Below are positions 38,366 to 47,803 of a stretch of DNA of 64,000 nt, one piece after another. Under the pieces are notes generated by a model. That model searched no databases and was not told where the DNA came from. It was given only the letters and a program-made list of their open reading frames with translations. The position numbers were made by a program, and so were the translations under genes. How positions within the stretch are numbered: position 1 is the stretch's first letter; each line of letters begins with the position of its first letter. The stretch is from Lentisphaerota bacterium (GTDB lineage Bacteria > Verrucomicrobiota > Lentisphaeria > Victivallales > UBA1829), in contig SUVT01000002.1 of assembly GCA_015061845.1 (NCBI GenBank), forward strand, positions 4,057 to 68,056. Direction: 5' to 3'.

Positions 38366-40024
38366 ATGAAACTGAAATCTAAAACTCAAATCATCATCAA
38401 CTGCGAAGAACTGGAAACAAGATTTGCAATGCTGCAGGATGGTGTGCTGGAAGAATATGAAATCCAGCGTCTCGATGATGATGAACTCCTGCCCGGGTCG
38501 ATCTACCTGGGAAAAATCACCCATCTCGAACCGAAACTTGAAGCGGCTTTCGTTGATATCGGCGCAAAGAAAAATGCGTTCCTCCATTACAAAGATATGC
38601 TCCCGGCATCCTATGACATGCTGGATGATATCCGCAATATGGAAGATCATGCAAATGCTGAAAAAGGAAAGAAAAAAGGGAAAATCCTTGATAAACTCGC
38701 TGACAAGATCCGCGGTTTGATCGGAACCGGCAGCAAATCCAAACGGCTGAAAGAGTTTGAAACAAAACTCCACAGCGGAAAAATAACCGTCGCAGATATC
38801 CCGAAAATGTTCCCTGTCGGCAGCGAACTGCTCGTCCAGATCCAGAAAGGTCCCATCGGAACAAAGGGCGCCCGTGTGACAACCAATATCTCCATACCCG
38901 GAAGATATCTGGTACTCCTGCCCTACTCCAATCATATCGGACTTTCTTCTAAAATCGACGAAAAAAAGGAACGATCCAGACTGCGCAACATTCTGATGGA
39001 TCTGGATATCCCGGAAGGCATGGGCTTGATCTGCCGCACCATCGGTGAAGGCAAAAAAGCCGCCGCTTTCGACCGCGATCTTGCTATGCTTCTGAATATC
39101 TGGCATCAGGCAGACAGCTCTCTTGATACCTGCAGCGCACCGGCTCTGGTTTATAAAGAATTTGATCTTCTTGAACGGACCGTCCGGGATTTCCTTTCCG
39201 ATGACATCGATGAAATCATCGTTGACACTCAGGAAGCTGCAAACACCCTGAAGCAGATGTTTGAAAAGTTTGCCGGAAAAGATTATGATACAAAAATCAA
39301 GGTCCATAACCGTTCCGTTCCGATTTTTGAACACTACAAGATTGCGGATCAGGTGGCTAATATTTTTCATCGCATCGCACCGCTCCCCAGCGGCGGCTAT
39401 CTCTGCATCGATGAAACAGAAGCTCTCGTTGCCATCGACGTGAACTCCGGAAAAATCAAAAAAGGAAAAGATCAGCCGGAAGTGATCCTGCGGACGAATC
39501 TGGAAGCTGCGAAAGAGATTGCAAGACAGGCAAAACTCCGCGATATCGGCGGGTTGATCGTCATTGACTTTATTGATATGAGAACCCAAACCGACCGTGA
39601 TGCGGTTTATCATGCAATGAAAACCTATGTCGAAAATGACCGGGCAAAAACAAAACTTCTGCCCATCAGCCGGTTCGGATTGATGGAAGTCACCCGCCAG
39701 CGTGAACATGAAAGTATTCAGGATGTCATCTACGATCCCTGCCCCTACTGTTCCGGTTCCGGACGGGTCAAATCGCCCGTCAGCATGAGTGTGGAAATCC
39801 AGCGGAAACTGAAAGAGATCCTGAAACGGAAACGCAAAAGTAAAAAACTTTCTCTGCGTGTGATCATGCACCCCACAGTTCTGGCACGTTTGAAAAATGA
39901 AGATGCCGAACTGCTCAAAGATCTTGAAGACAGCTATGGAAAAGATCTTTCTTTCCGTGCAGATCCAACTCTCCACATGGAGCAATTCAAACTGCTGGAT
40001 CCCGAAACCGGCGTGGAATATTGA
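38366..40024 (+). CDS. rng: Rne/Rng-family ribonuclease (RNase G-like)
   Basis: 552 aa with an S1 domain (GSIYLGKITHLEPKLEAAFVDIG), a DNase-I-like catalytic region (AIDVNSGK) and a Zn-link CPYCSGSG. Confidence 0.85.
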   Translation: MKLKSKTQIIINCEELETRFAMLQDGVLEEYEIQRLDDDELLPGSIYLGKITHLEPKLEAAFVDIGAKKNAFLHYKDMLPASYDMLDDIRNMEDHANAEKGKKKGKILDKLADKIRGLIGTGSKSKRLKEFETKLHSGKITVADIPKMFPVGSELLVQIQKGPIGTKGARVTTNISIPGRYLVLLPYSNHIGLSSKIDEKKERSRLRNILMDLDIPEGMGLICRTIGEGKKAAAFDRDLAMLLNIWHQADSSLDTCSAPALVYKEFDLLERTVRDFLSDDIDEIIVDTQEAANTLKQMFEKFAGKDYDTKIKVHNRSVPIFEHYKIADQVANIFHRIAPLPSGGYLCIDETEALVAIDVNSGKIKKGKDQPEVILRTNLEAAKEIARQAKLRDIGGLIVIDFIDMRTQTDRDAVYHAMKTYVENDRAKTKLLPISRFGLMEVTRQREHESIQDVIYDPCPYCSGSGRVKSPVSMSVEIQRKLKEILKRKRKSKKLSLRVIMHPTVLARLKNEDAELLKDLEDSYGKDLSFRADPTLHMEQFKLLDPETGVEY

Positions 40025-40028
40025 CGTC

Positions 40029-41753
40029 ATGGAACTCTGTAAAAGATTCATTCATTACTACCGTCCATACCGCTGGCTCTTTGCCGCTGATATGATTTGT
40101 GTGGTCATTGCCTCTGCCATTGACCTCCTCTTTCCCCAGCTGCTGAACCTGCTTACTAAAGATGTGTTCCAAAGAGGGTCAGCAGAAATCATGAAAGTCA
40201 TCCTCTGGATCGGGCTCGGGCTTCTCGGACTGTATCTGATCCGCTATTTCTGCATGTATTTTATCACCAGCTGGGGACATGTCATGGGTGCCAGAATGGA
40301 AACCGACATGCGCAGAGACCTTTTCACCCACTACCAGCGGCTATCTTTCTCCTATTACGACAAAAACAACACCGGAGAAATGATGTCACGGATCGTCTCC
40401 GACCTTTTTGATATCACCGAACTCTGCCATCACGGTCCGGAAACGCTCCTGATCTCTTCCATCAAAATCATCGGTTCTTTTGCAATTCTTCTCACAATCA
40501 ACTGGAAAATGACCTTGATCCTGCTGGCAGTCACCCTGTGTATGATCGTTTTCACAGCTGTCCAGAACCGGAGAATGAGGAACACCTTTGCTGATAACCG
40601 GAAGAAAATTGCTGTAGTGAACGCCCGGATCCAGGATTCTCTCAGCGGGATCCGCGTAGTAAAATCTTTTGCCAACGAAGAAATGGAAGTAGAGAAATTT
40701 GAGGGAACAAATCAGGCTTTCCTTGAATCCAAGAAAAACAGTTACAAGGTCATGGGGCTGTTCCACGCAACCAATAACTTTATGCAGGGGATCCTTTATA
40801 TCGCGATCCTTGTAAGCGGCGGTTATTTTATCGCACAGGGAACGCTGGACCCGACAGAGCTGGCAGTTTATGCGCTTTATATCGGACTGTTCCTCGGTCC
40901 GGTGGATATGCTTCTGCACTTCACGGAACAGTTCCAGCGGGGATTCTCCGGATTCCGCCGTTTTTCTGAAATTCTCAGTCAGATCCCCGATATCCGGGAT
41001 AATCCGAACGCAAAAGAACTCCCGACGACCAAAGGACATGTGGTTTATAAAAATGTCTGTTTCTCTTACGAAAAAGGCAAAGAAATTCTGCATGATATTT
41101 CTTTTGAGATCAAGCCCGGAACAACGGTTGCGCTTGCCGGAGCATCCGGTGGCGGAAAAAGCACCATCTGCAGTCTGCTTTCCCGCTTCTATGATGTCGG
41201 AAACGGAGCAATCTCCATTGACGGCTATGACATCCGGGATCTGAAACTGCAAAGCCTCCGCAAACAAATCGGGATCGTCCAGCAGGATGTCTATATTTTC
41301 AACGGAACGGTTCGGGAAAACATTCTTTACGGGAAGCCGGATGCCACGGATGAAGAGTTGATCCTTGCAGCCAAACGGGCAAATATCCATGAGTTCATTC
41401 TCTCTTTACCCAACGGATATGATTCTGAACTGGGCGAACGCGGGGTCCGTCTATCCGGCGGACAGAAACAGAGGTTGTCCATTGCCCGTGTTTTCCTGAA
41501 AAATCCGCCGATCCTGATTCTGGATGAGGCAACAAGTGCCCTTGATAACGAGAGCGAACGGAAGATCCAGGCTGCCATCACGGAACTTTCCAAAGGTCGG
41601 ACTGTCCTTGTTATTGCGCATCGTCTTTCCACGATCCGGAATGCCGATGAAATCATAGTAATTGAAGAAGGTAAAATTGCAGAGCGCGGCACGCATGAAT
41701 CCCTTCTGGAACAAAAAGGTGTCTATGCAAAATATCACGCATTGACGGAATAA
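40029..41753 (+). CDS. ABC transporter, fused permease/ATPase (MsbA/exporter type)
   Basis: Six-TM exporter domain, Walker A GASGGGKST, signature LSGGQKQR, Walker B ILILDEATS. Start set at MELCKRF, 4 nt after the RNase G stop. Confidence 0.9.
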   Translation: MELCKRFIHYYRPYRWLFAADMICVVIASAIDLLFPQLLNLLTKDVFQRGSAEIMKVILWIGLGLLGLYLIRYFCMYFITSWGHVMGARMETDMRRDLFTHYQRLSFSYYDKNNTGEMMSRIVSDLFDITELCHHGPETLLISSIKIIGSFAILLTINWKMTLILLAVTLCMIVFTAVQNRRMRNTFADNRKKIAVVNARIQDSLSGIRVVKSFANEEMEVEKFEGTNQAFLESKKNSYKVMGLFHATNNFMQGILYIAILVSGGYFIAQGTLDPTELAVYALYIGLFLGPVDMLLHFTEQFQRGFSGFRRFSEILSQIPDIRDNPNAKELPTTKGHVVYKNVCFSYEKGKEILHDISFEIKPGTTVALAGASGGGKSTICSLLSRFYDVGNGAISIDGYDIRDLKLQSLRKQIGIVQQDVYIFNGTVRENILYGKPDATDEELILAAKRANIHEFILSLPNGYDSELGERGVRLSGGQKQRLSIARVFLKNPPILILDEATSALDNESERKIQAAITELSKGRTVLVIAHRLSTIRNADEIIVIEEGKIAERGTHESLLEQKGVYAKYHALTE

Positions 41754-41771
41754 TATAAAGGATTATTGATC

Positions 41772-43499
41772 ATGGATTCTACAGAAGAGAAAAAAGTGGT
41801 AACGGAAGAAACTCCTGCTGTTGAACAGGATATGTACACTTTTTCCAAAAAGAAAAAAACTTATTTTGTCCTTGCAACGATCATTCTTTTCATTCTTGCC
41901 GGGATATTCAGCTTCAACGTGAGAAGTCTGGCGGTTCTTCCGCAATCCTCAACCGTATTCGGACAGCAAACAAAGGAATTTAATTGGGCTAGAAGATTTT
42001 ATTGGGATGAAGTTTATACTACAGCCAAAGGAAATGACCGGTTTTTTCTTCAGCTCAATACCGGAGATCTCTATCCCGTAAATCCTCTTCAATGCTATAA
42101 AATGCTGCATGAAGCCGAACCGAAAAACCCGATTTATCTTTCCTATTATACCCTGTATCTTGCCCTGGCAGACTCCAAAGATACCCGGGAAGAATTTGAG
42201 AAAACCATTGAAAAATGGAAAGCTCTTGATCCCAACAATGCAATGCCTTACTTTTTCAAGGCTTACGTCCTTGCAAAACAGGGGATCATTGAGAAAAAAG
42301 AGACCGGAAAACAGGCTCAACAGCAGCCCAAAGGTCAGCCGGCACCTCTTGGAAGAATCGAATTTGAACTCAAGAACCAAACTGCTGCCGACTTGGCAAT
42401 CAAGGAATATAAGGAAGGTCTCAAAAAGAAATACGCATCCTGCTATACAGATGAGGCAATCAGGAAAAAATTGGAAAGTGCAAATCTGACACGGGATCCT
42501 CTGGGAGAAATCCACCGTATCTCTATTGCTGCAAGCTGTATTCCTGTCCCTCTGCTCACTATGGAACAGGATTTGAATTACCGGATGGCATTCCTTGCAG
42601 AAACAAAGGCAAAAAATGGAAATCTTCCCGAAGCAAAAGATTTGGTAAAATCCGGAGAAAAATATATTCTGCTCCGTCTTGAAAAAGAAAATCCGGCTCT
42701 CATCAATATTATGGTCTACCGTTCTCTCTGCAGCAACTGGCTCACAGCGGCGATGGAGATCAAAGATGAAGCCATGGCAAAAAAATATGACAATGTTGTA
42801 AGAGACTTTGAAATTTGGCGCAACAGCAATAAACCGGAACTGGAAGCGTTGCGGAAACATGGAGGAATCTTCATCCAATCCCTCGTTCCGTCCATCAAGG
42901 TCGATATTGCAAAAGAAGATTATAAACCGGAACGTATGGTCAATTATCTGATTCTTGATCAATATGGATTGACAGCTCTTTTCACCCAGCTTGGAATTAT
43001 CATTCTTCTCCTGGCTCTGTGTTCCGGTGTTTTCTTCCTCTGCAAACGGAAAGCCCGCTGGATCCAGCTGCCTGAAAAATCTTATTGGTTCATTGGGTTG
43101 GTCGGAGTTCTCCTGCCGCTTGCAATTTATCTAGTCTGGGTTCATGTCCCGGCTCTGAGCGGAAGAGAAATGAATATCTCCAACAATCAGACCATCATCA
43201 ATCTTCTGGCGAAATATCAGGTATTCATCAGTCCGCTTTTCTTCGGGATCGTCAGCTGTGTCGTACTTGTTAAAAAAGCAAATGCAAAGCCGCTGGATTG
43301 TCTCTGGAATCTGGTTTTTCTGTTGACAGCTTATCTCTTCCTGACAACTGCAACGCTCCGCATCATTCAGGATATTGAGATCAGCCATTATACAAAACAG
43401 GATAAACTGGTTCACTCGGAAAGCGGCTTTACAGCGATTGAAGATAAAGCCGTCAAAGAACTTACCGGGAAGTTGAAAAAGAATCTGAACGGGAATTAA
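41772..43499 (+). CDS. hypothetical polytopic membrane protein with large helical extracytoplasmic domain
   Basis: One N-terminal TM helix, an alpha-helical (TPR-like) region of about 380 aa, then several C-terminal TM helices. AAAGGA RBS before ATG 41772. No family recognised. Confidence 0.55.
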   Translation: MDSTEEKKVVTEETPAVEQDMYTFSKKKKTYFVLATIILFILAGIFSFNVRSLAVLPQSSTVFGQQTKEFNWARRFYWDEVYTTAKGNDRFFLQLNTGDLYPVNPLQCYKMLHEAEPKNPIYLSYYTLYLALADSKDTREEFEKTIEKWKALDPNNAMPYFFKAYVLAKQGIIEKKETGKQAQQQPKGQPAPLGRIEFELKNQTAADLAIKEYKEGLKKKYASCYTDEAIRKKLESANLTRDPLGEIHRISIAASCIPVPLLTMEQDLNYRMAFLAETKAKNGNLPEAKDLVKSGEKYILLRLEKENPALINIMVYRSLCSNWLTAAMEIKDEAMAKKYDNVVRDFEIWRNSNKPELEALRKHGGIFIQSLVPSIKVDIAKEDYKPERMVNYLILDQYGLTALFTQLGIIILLLALCSGVFFLCKRKARWIQLPEKSYWFIGLVGVLLPLAIYLVWVHVPALSGREMNISNNQTIINLLAKYQVFISPLFFGIVSCVVLVKKANAKPLDCLWNLVFLLTAYLFLTTATLRIIQDIEISHYTKQDKLVHSESGFTAIEDKAVKELTGKLKKNLNGN

Positions 43500-43513
43500 C
43501 CGGAGAAAACGTC

Positions 43514-44014
43514 ATGAAAGGGTTCAACGGATTAAACCTTGCGCTGCTTCTGTTTCTGATTTGTACAGGACTTTCTGCCCAGATCCGGAAAGATTTGATT
43601 GTAACACTCCAACCAATCACGGGGGTAAAAGATGCGTTTCTTCTCCAATGCTCTGCCGAAGAACATTCTGCGGCAATCAGCACAAGTTCCGTTTTGACCA
43701 CACGTCTGCCGGGGCTTCCGCTGAAAGTCGGAAAATGGGAAGAATCGATTTATATTATGCCCGGGTCGCCCGCCCCTATGAAAAAACTTCATTTAATCAA
43801 TGGCGTTACATTCAAGTTCCCTGTCGTAGGAATCTCCCGGAAAGCATTGCTTGAACCTGATCCGGAAGAACCCGGAGAATATCGCCTCTACCTGTTCTGG
43901 TACGAAGGAAAGATGTTCCGGTTCGGAGAAATCACCTCTTTCCGGATATGGAGCATCGTTTCATTGCGCCCCGGAAAACCTGAACGGATCGGCTCTCTGG
44001 AGATAACCAAATGA
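43514..44014 (+). CDS. hypothetical secreted protein
   Basis: 166 aa with a signal peptide (LNLALLLFLICTGLSAQ). Its stop overlaps the next ATG (ATGA). Confidence 0.5.
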   Translation: MKGFNGLNLALLLFLICTGLSAQIRKDLIVTLQPITGVKDAFLLQCSAEEHSAAISTSSVLTTRLPGLPLKVGKWEESIYIMPGSPAPMKKLHLINGVTFKFPVVGISRKALLEPDPEEPGEYRLYLFWYEGKMFRFGEITSFRIWSIVSLRPGKPERIGSLEITK

Positions 44015-44703
44015 GTTTTTCCACGCCGCAGATGCAAACATATCTGATCTATCTCCTTGACATCGTCGGAACAGTAATTTTTGCAATTACCGGCGGGGTC
44101 AGGGGCGTCCGTCTGAAACTGGACTTTCTGGGTGTCATTGTTTTCGCCTGTACGGTCGGTGTCGGCGGCGGTATGATCCGGGATTGTCTGATCGGAGCGG
44201 TCCCCGTCGCAGCATTCAGGAGTGAAGTCTATCTGTTATCCTGCATCATCACAGGAATGATTGTTTTCTTTTCAGCTCCGCTTATCCGGAAAGCCGGTAA
44301 TATCATCCTTGTGTGTGATGCCTTCGGGCTGGGTGTTTTTACAGCCATCGGAGCTGCAAAAGGGGCCTCCATGGGGCTTTCCTTTATCGGGATCATCCTG
44401 AGCGGAGTGATCACTGCAGTCGGGGGCGGTATGATCCGTGACGTCATGTCCGGCAGAATTCCCGCGGTTCTGTCCAGTGATTTCTATGCCACGGCATCTC
44501 TTCTGGGAGCAGTTTTATATTGTCTGCTGGCAAAATTCTGCCCGCTTCATTTTTTCTGGATGTTCCTGATCATTATGATTTTTGTCACCGGGATCCGTCT
44601 GCTGGCAATTCATTTTCACTTACGTCTTCCTGTTTCCGGCGGTAAAACCTCGTCCTATCTCCGGAAAAAGCTCCGGAAAGGATTCCGGCATAAAAGAAAA
44701 TAA
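44011..44703 (+). CDS. UPF0126/TRIC-family membrane protein (YicG/YadS-like cation channel)
   Basis: Duplicated glycine-rich motifs: VGTVIFAITGGVRG...GVGGGMIRD and ILSGVITAVGGGMIRD. Confidence 0.75.
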   Translation: MSFSTPQMQTYLIYLLDIVGTVIFAITGGVRGVRLKLDFLGVIVFACTVGVGGGMIRDCLIGAVPVAAFRSEVYLLSCIITGMIVFFSAPLIRKAGNIILVCDAFGLGVFTAIGAAKGASMGLSFIGIILSGVITAVGGGMIRDVMSGRIPAVLSSDFYATASLLGAVLYCLLAKFCPLHFFWMFLIIMIFVTGIRLLAIHFHLRLPVSGGKTSSYLRKKLRKGFRHKRK

Positions 44704-44715
44704 GTCCGCAAGTGT

Positions 44716-44760
44716 AAAAAAAAACTGCCGCTTCACCGTTTCCGGGTTGCGGCAGTTTCT
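44716..44760. terminator. bidirectional terminator between convergent genes
   Basis: AAAAAAAAA-CTGCCGC-17-nt loop-GCGGCAG-TTTCTGTTT. Confidence 0.5.
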
Positions 44761-44775
44761 GTTTCCGGCTTTGAT

Positions 44776-46908
44776 TTATCCGATCTGTTTGATCAGATAA
44801 TTGCTTGCTATGATCTTTTCCATCAGTTCGTTGATGGTGTAGAAGTAATGGTTTGTTGCTTCAAAACCGATTCTGGAATCGGAAAGGAAGTTTTTGATCA
44901 GCAGCTTTGTCAATTCAATATCTTCTTTGATCAGCGGAACCGTTTCTGCAATTTTTCCGGCATTGCGCATCCGGATGAAATGGGTCTGGAGATAAGTACT
45001 CCGCAGACAGGTCCATGTGGTTTCAGCAAGGATCTTCTGTTCTTTGAGCGCAGGGGTATCATCCAGTTTTTCCAACTTGTCAAGACCGGTTTTCCATTCG
45101 TCGGCAACGATACGGAATGCTTCTTCAAAAATCTCTTCCGGATAACTTCCGCACCAGCCTTTGAGGTCATCATAGGGGAATCCGCGAACCATACTTGCCT
45201 GATATCCGGTGGGATCCTTGAACAGCAGGTTGGCAGCACCGATGTTCTGGGGGGATTTGTAAATCTGATCAGTGACATCAAAGGGGATCTTGGCAAAAGC
45301 ATCTGAGAAGATCTTCCAGATTTCAAGCATTGCAGGAGCATCTTTTCCGAACTTCCGTTCAGCAAGTTCTTCCACAGACATATTCATCAGCGGCATGTTT
45401 CCGCCGGGACATCCGCCGAGCGTCCAGCTCATCATGAAATCTTTGATTCCCTCCGCTTTCAGCGCATCGAGGTGCTGCTTCACAAGGAACGGAACCTGTA
45501 CGGTGGGGACAGCAGACATTTCCCAACTTGTATTGACCTGAATTTTTGCCACGCAGGGGTGACCGGTATCTCTTCCGAGCTTCCAGAGAACTTTCGCATC
45601 GGGACCGGGACCGGGCTTGGAAAGAGAGTAGTCAAGGATCGTTCCTTTGTGACCAAGCACATTGGTTTCCACGTTGGTTTCACTGACGCACATCACCATA
45701 ATATCCTTGGGGAGCTGCTTGAGGACATCCACTGCCCAGTCAGCCTTCCATGCCCAGGTCCATGCAACAACTTTCGCATCGGATCCGGCATCCTTGATCC
45801 CTTTGTAAATCGCTTCCAGAACTTTTGCAACGTTATCGGCTTTCGTATGCTCTGCACAACGGGGACAGACATAGCTCATCTCTTCGTTGTTTCTGGCAAG
45901 ACAGTGAGTCAGGTTTTCACTCATGGTGATGGTGAAGAATCCGCCCAGAGTCGGCACTTCACGGCAGAGCCGTTCCACTCCGGCAGAAAATGCTTCCAGC
46001 AATCCGGGAGCCCAGGGACAAAGTGCCGTGCTGCCGTCAGATTCCGTCACAGAACCGCCCCACGGGGTTTTATCAGCAATGTGCTTGGGCAGAGAACGGG
46101 GTTCGTTCAGATAAAGATAAAGACGGATCCCGTACTTTGCGCAGCGGTCGGCGATACGGCGCACTCCGGCAAGGCGTTTTTCCCAGTCTTTGGAAATTTC
46201 AAGGTCTTCACCCAGCCACGGAATCAGTGTATAAAGCAATCCGGGCAGCCAGACAGCGTTGATTCCGGCAGCGGCATAATCTTTCAGCAGACCATCCGGA
46301 TAGGGATCGACTTTTTCATCCATGAAGGGGTCGCCGTAAACAGCGGAATAGGAGTAAATCAAGCGCAAGCCGTCGGCTTTTCCGCCGCCGAGACTTTCCA
46401 TTTTTCCATAGTTGTCAAGGAATGCAAAACGGGGCTCGATTTCAGCAGGGAACGATTTACGGATATCTGCAGTTTCCTGTGCGATTTCTGCAACTCGCAT
46501 CTTTTCTTCTGCGGTGAGTTCACGATAAACGACTTTGCCGCAGCTGGGCTTCATGTTGCCGAGTTTCACCCACAGGAAGTCATCTTCTTTCAAGGTGAAT
46601 GCCAGCTTGTCGGGAGTCCAGCCGAGAAGTTTCAGCATCTGTTCATAATCAAGCAAATGCCAGTTTGTGCGGATCACGGTCTGATAGCCGCGGCTGGCGA
46701 ACTGTTCCAGTTTGGAATCATCACGGATCAAGCCCATAGCTTCTGCATCGGCGACCACGTTTGCCTCGGTCGTCTCAAGAACTTCTGCGATTCTGGCGGG
46801 TGCAACCAGGTTCCAGTTGTGCCAGATCACAGCAAGATGTTTCGCAGGAAAAAAGGGAAAGTCAAGTGCCTTCTGCACACTTCCGACAGGGATCTCTGAA
46901 ATTTCCAT
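44776..46908 (-). CDS. hypothetical Cys-rich TIM-barrel-like protein (possible novel glycoside hydrolase), no signal peptide
   Basis: 710-aa ORF from MEISEIPVG. The central region ALCPWAPGLLEAF...TITMSENLTHC...YVCPRCAEH resembles, by eye, the organisation of the 34405-36201 protein. No family recognised. Confidence 0.55.
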   Translation of the reverse strand: MEISEIPVGSVQKALDFPFFPAKHLAVIWHNWNLVAPARIAEVLETTEANVVADAEAMGLIRDDSKLEQFASRGYQTVIRTNWHLLDYEQMLKLLGWTPDKLAFTLKEDDFLWVKLGNMKPSCGKVVYRELTAEEKMRVAEIAQETADIRKSFPAEIEPRFAFLDNYGKMESLGGGKADGLRLIYSYSAVYGDPFMDEKVDPYPDGLLKDYAAAGINAVWLPGLLYTLIPWLGEDLEISKDWEKRLAGVRRIADRCAKYGIRLYLYLNEPRSLPKHIADKTPWGGSVTESDGSTALCPWAPGLLEAFSAGVERLCREVPTLGGFFTITMSENLTHCLARNNEEMSYVCPRCAEHTKADNVAKVLEAIYKGIKDAGSDAKVVAWTWAWKADWAVDVLKQLPKDIMVMCVSETNVETNVLGHKGTILDYSLSKPGPGPDAKVLWKLGRDTGHPCVAKIQVNTSWEMSAVPTVQVPFLVKQHLDALKAEGIKDFMMSWTLGGCPGGNMPLMNMSVEELAERKFGKDAPAMLEIWKIFSDAFAKIPFDVTDQIYKSPQNIGAANLLFKDPTGYQASMVRGFPYDDLKGWCGSYPEEIFEEAFRIVADEWKTGLDKLEKLDDTPALKEQKILAETTWTCLRSTYLQTHFIRMRNAGKIAETVPLIKEDIELTKLLIKNFLSDSRIGFEATNHYFYTINELMEKIIASNYLIKQIG

Positions 46909-46995
46909 AAATAAGCCTTTCTGTTTTGTTAATTTAACAACAGGAATATACCACACAGATTTGTTTTTTCAAGCGTAAAAACTCTTTTCTTTTGA

Positions 46996-47033
46996 TAAAA
47001 AAAGCCGCTCCGGTTCTGATGTCCGGAACGGCT
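46996..47033 (-). terminator. rho-independent terminator after the LamG-like gene
   Basis: The minus strand reads AGCCGTTCCGG-acatcagaa-CCGGAGCGGCT followed by TTTTTTT. Confidence 0.55.
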
Positions 47034-47056
47034 CAAAAAGCTCTGACTGCTGCGTT

Positions 47057-47803
47057 TTATTTTTTTGCAGCTTTCAAAGATTCCTGATAAAGCTTTGCGA
47101 TTTCCGCATCTGTCAAACGCTTGTTCAGAATGGTGAGTTCATCAACAACAAAAGAGTCGGCTCTGATGGTGAACCACTGGGGTTTCGCTGCCAGAATTTC
47201 ACGCAACTCAGAGACTGCAGATTTCTTTCCGTCAACAGAGTAAGAGATCGTTCCATTGCCCCATGTCACAACAAACATGTGCCACTGTCCGGCGGGCCAC
47301 TGATAAACCATTCCCTGATTCCAGAGAATACAGCTGGTCACTTTTTTCAATCTGGGATACTGGACATACGCATTCAGATGTCCTTTCTTCCAGGGCTGGT
47401 TCGGCATTTTTCCGAAAATCAAGTCATAGATCTGATCCTTGGAAGCAGCATGAACACCAAAAATGGAGAAGCCGGGTTCTTTTTTGGTTACTTCCTGACT
47501 CCATGTGGGTGCCGCCCATGCAACAACTGAACCGGGAACGGTCGTATCTACATTTCCTTCGGAAAAATACATGGGGACTACGCCAAAGACAGCCTTTCCG
47601 AACATGCCCGGCTTGTAACTCACAGGTGTTTTTGTCAGAATACGTCTGACTTCCCCTTTTCCGTTTGCCATGTCTGCTTCCAGAGTGTCATTAAAAGAGA
47701 CGGAGAACATGATCTCATCGGAATACATTTTGTAGATGGGGTTTTCGGCGGCAGCCGCAAAAATGGCTGCCGGTAAAATCAATGCTGCAAGAAACTTTTT
47801 CAT
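47057..47803 (-). CDS. secreted LamG/concanavalin-A-like lectin-domain protein
   Basis: Signal peptide MKKFLAALILPAAIFAAAA. WHMFVVTWGNGTISYSVDGK...VDELTILNKRLTDAEIAKLY is typical of a LamG_3 domain C-terminus. Its ATG overlaps the upstream stop (ATGA). Confidence 0.6.
   Translation of the reverse strand: MKKFLAALILPAAIFAAAAENPIYKMYSDEIMFSVSFNDTLEADMANGKGEVRRILTKTPVSYKPGMFGKAVFGVVPMYFSEGNVDTTVPGSVVAWAAPTWSQEVTKKEPGFSIFGVHAASKDQIYDLIFGKMPNQPWKKGHLNAYVQYPRLKKVTSCILWNQGMVYQWPAGQWHMFVVTWGNGTISYSVDGKKSAVSELREILAAKPQWFTIRADSFVVDELTILNKRLTDAEIAKLYQESLKAAKK

Noticed and set aside
39897-40028. The N-terminal extension of the ABC transporter ORF (listed start 39897).
   Set aside because: It overlaps the RNase G 3' end. 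MELCKRF at 40029 starts 4 nt after the RNase G stop and gives the usual exporter N-terminus.
38153-40051. 632-aa minus-strand ORF.
   Set aside because: It is entirely antisense to the RNase G-like gene. Its sequence is low-complexity and F/I/D-rich, with no motif and no RBS, so it is a shadow ORF.
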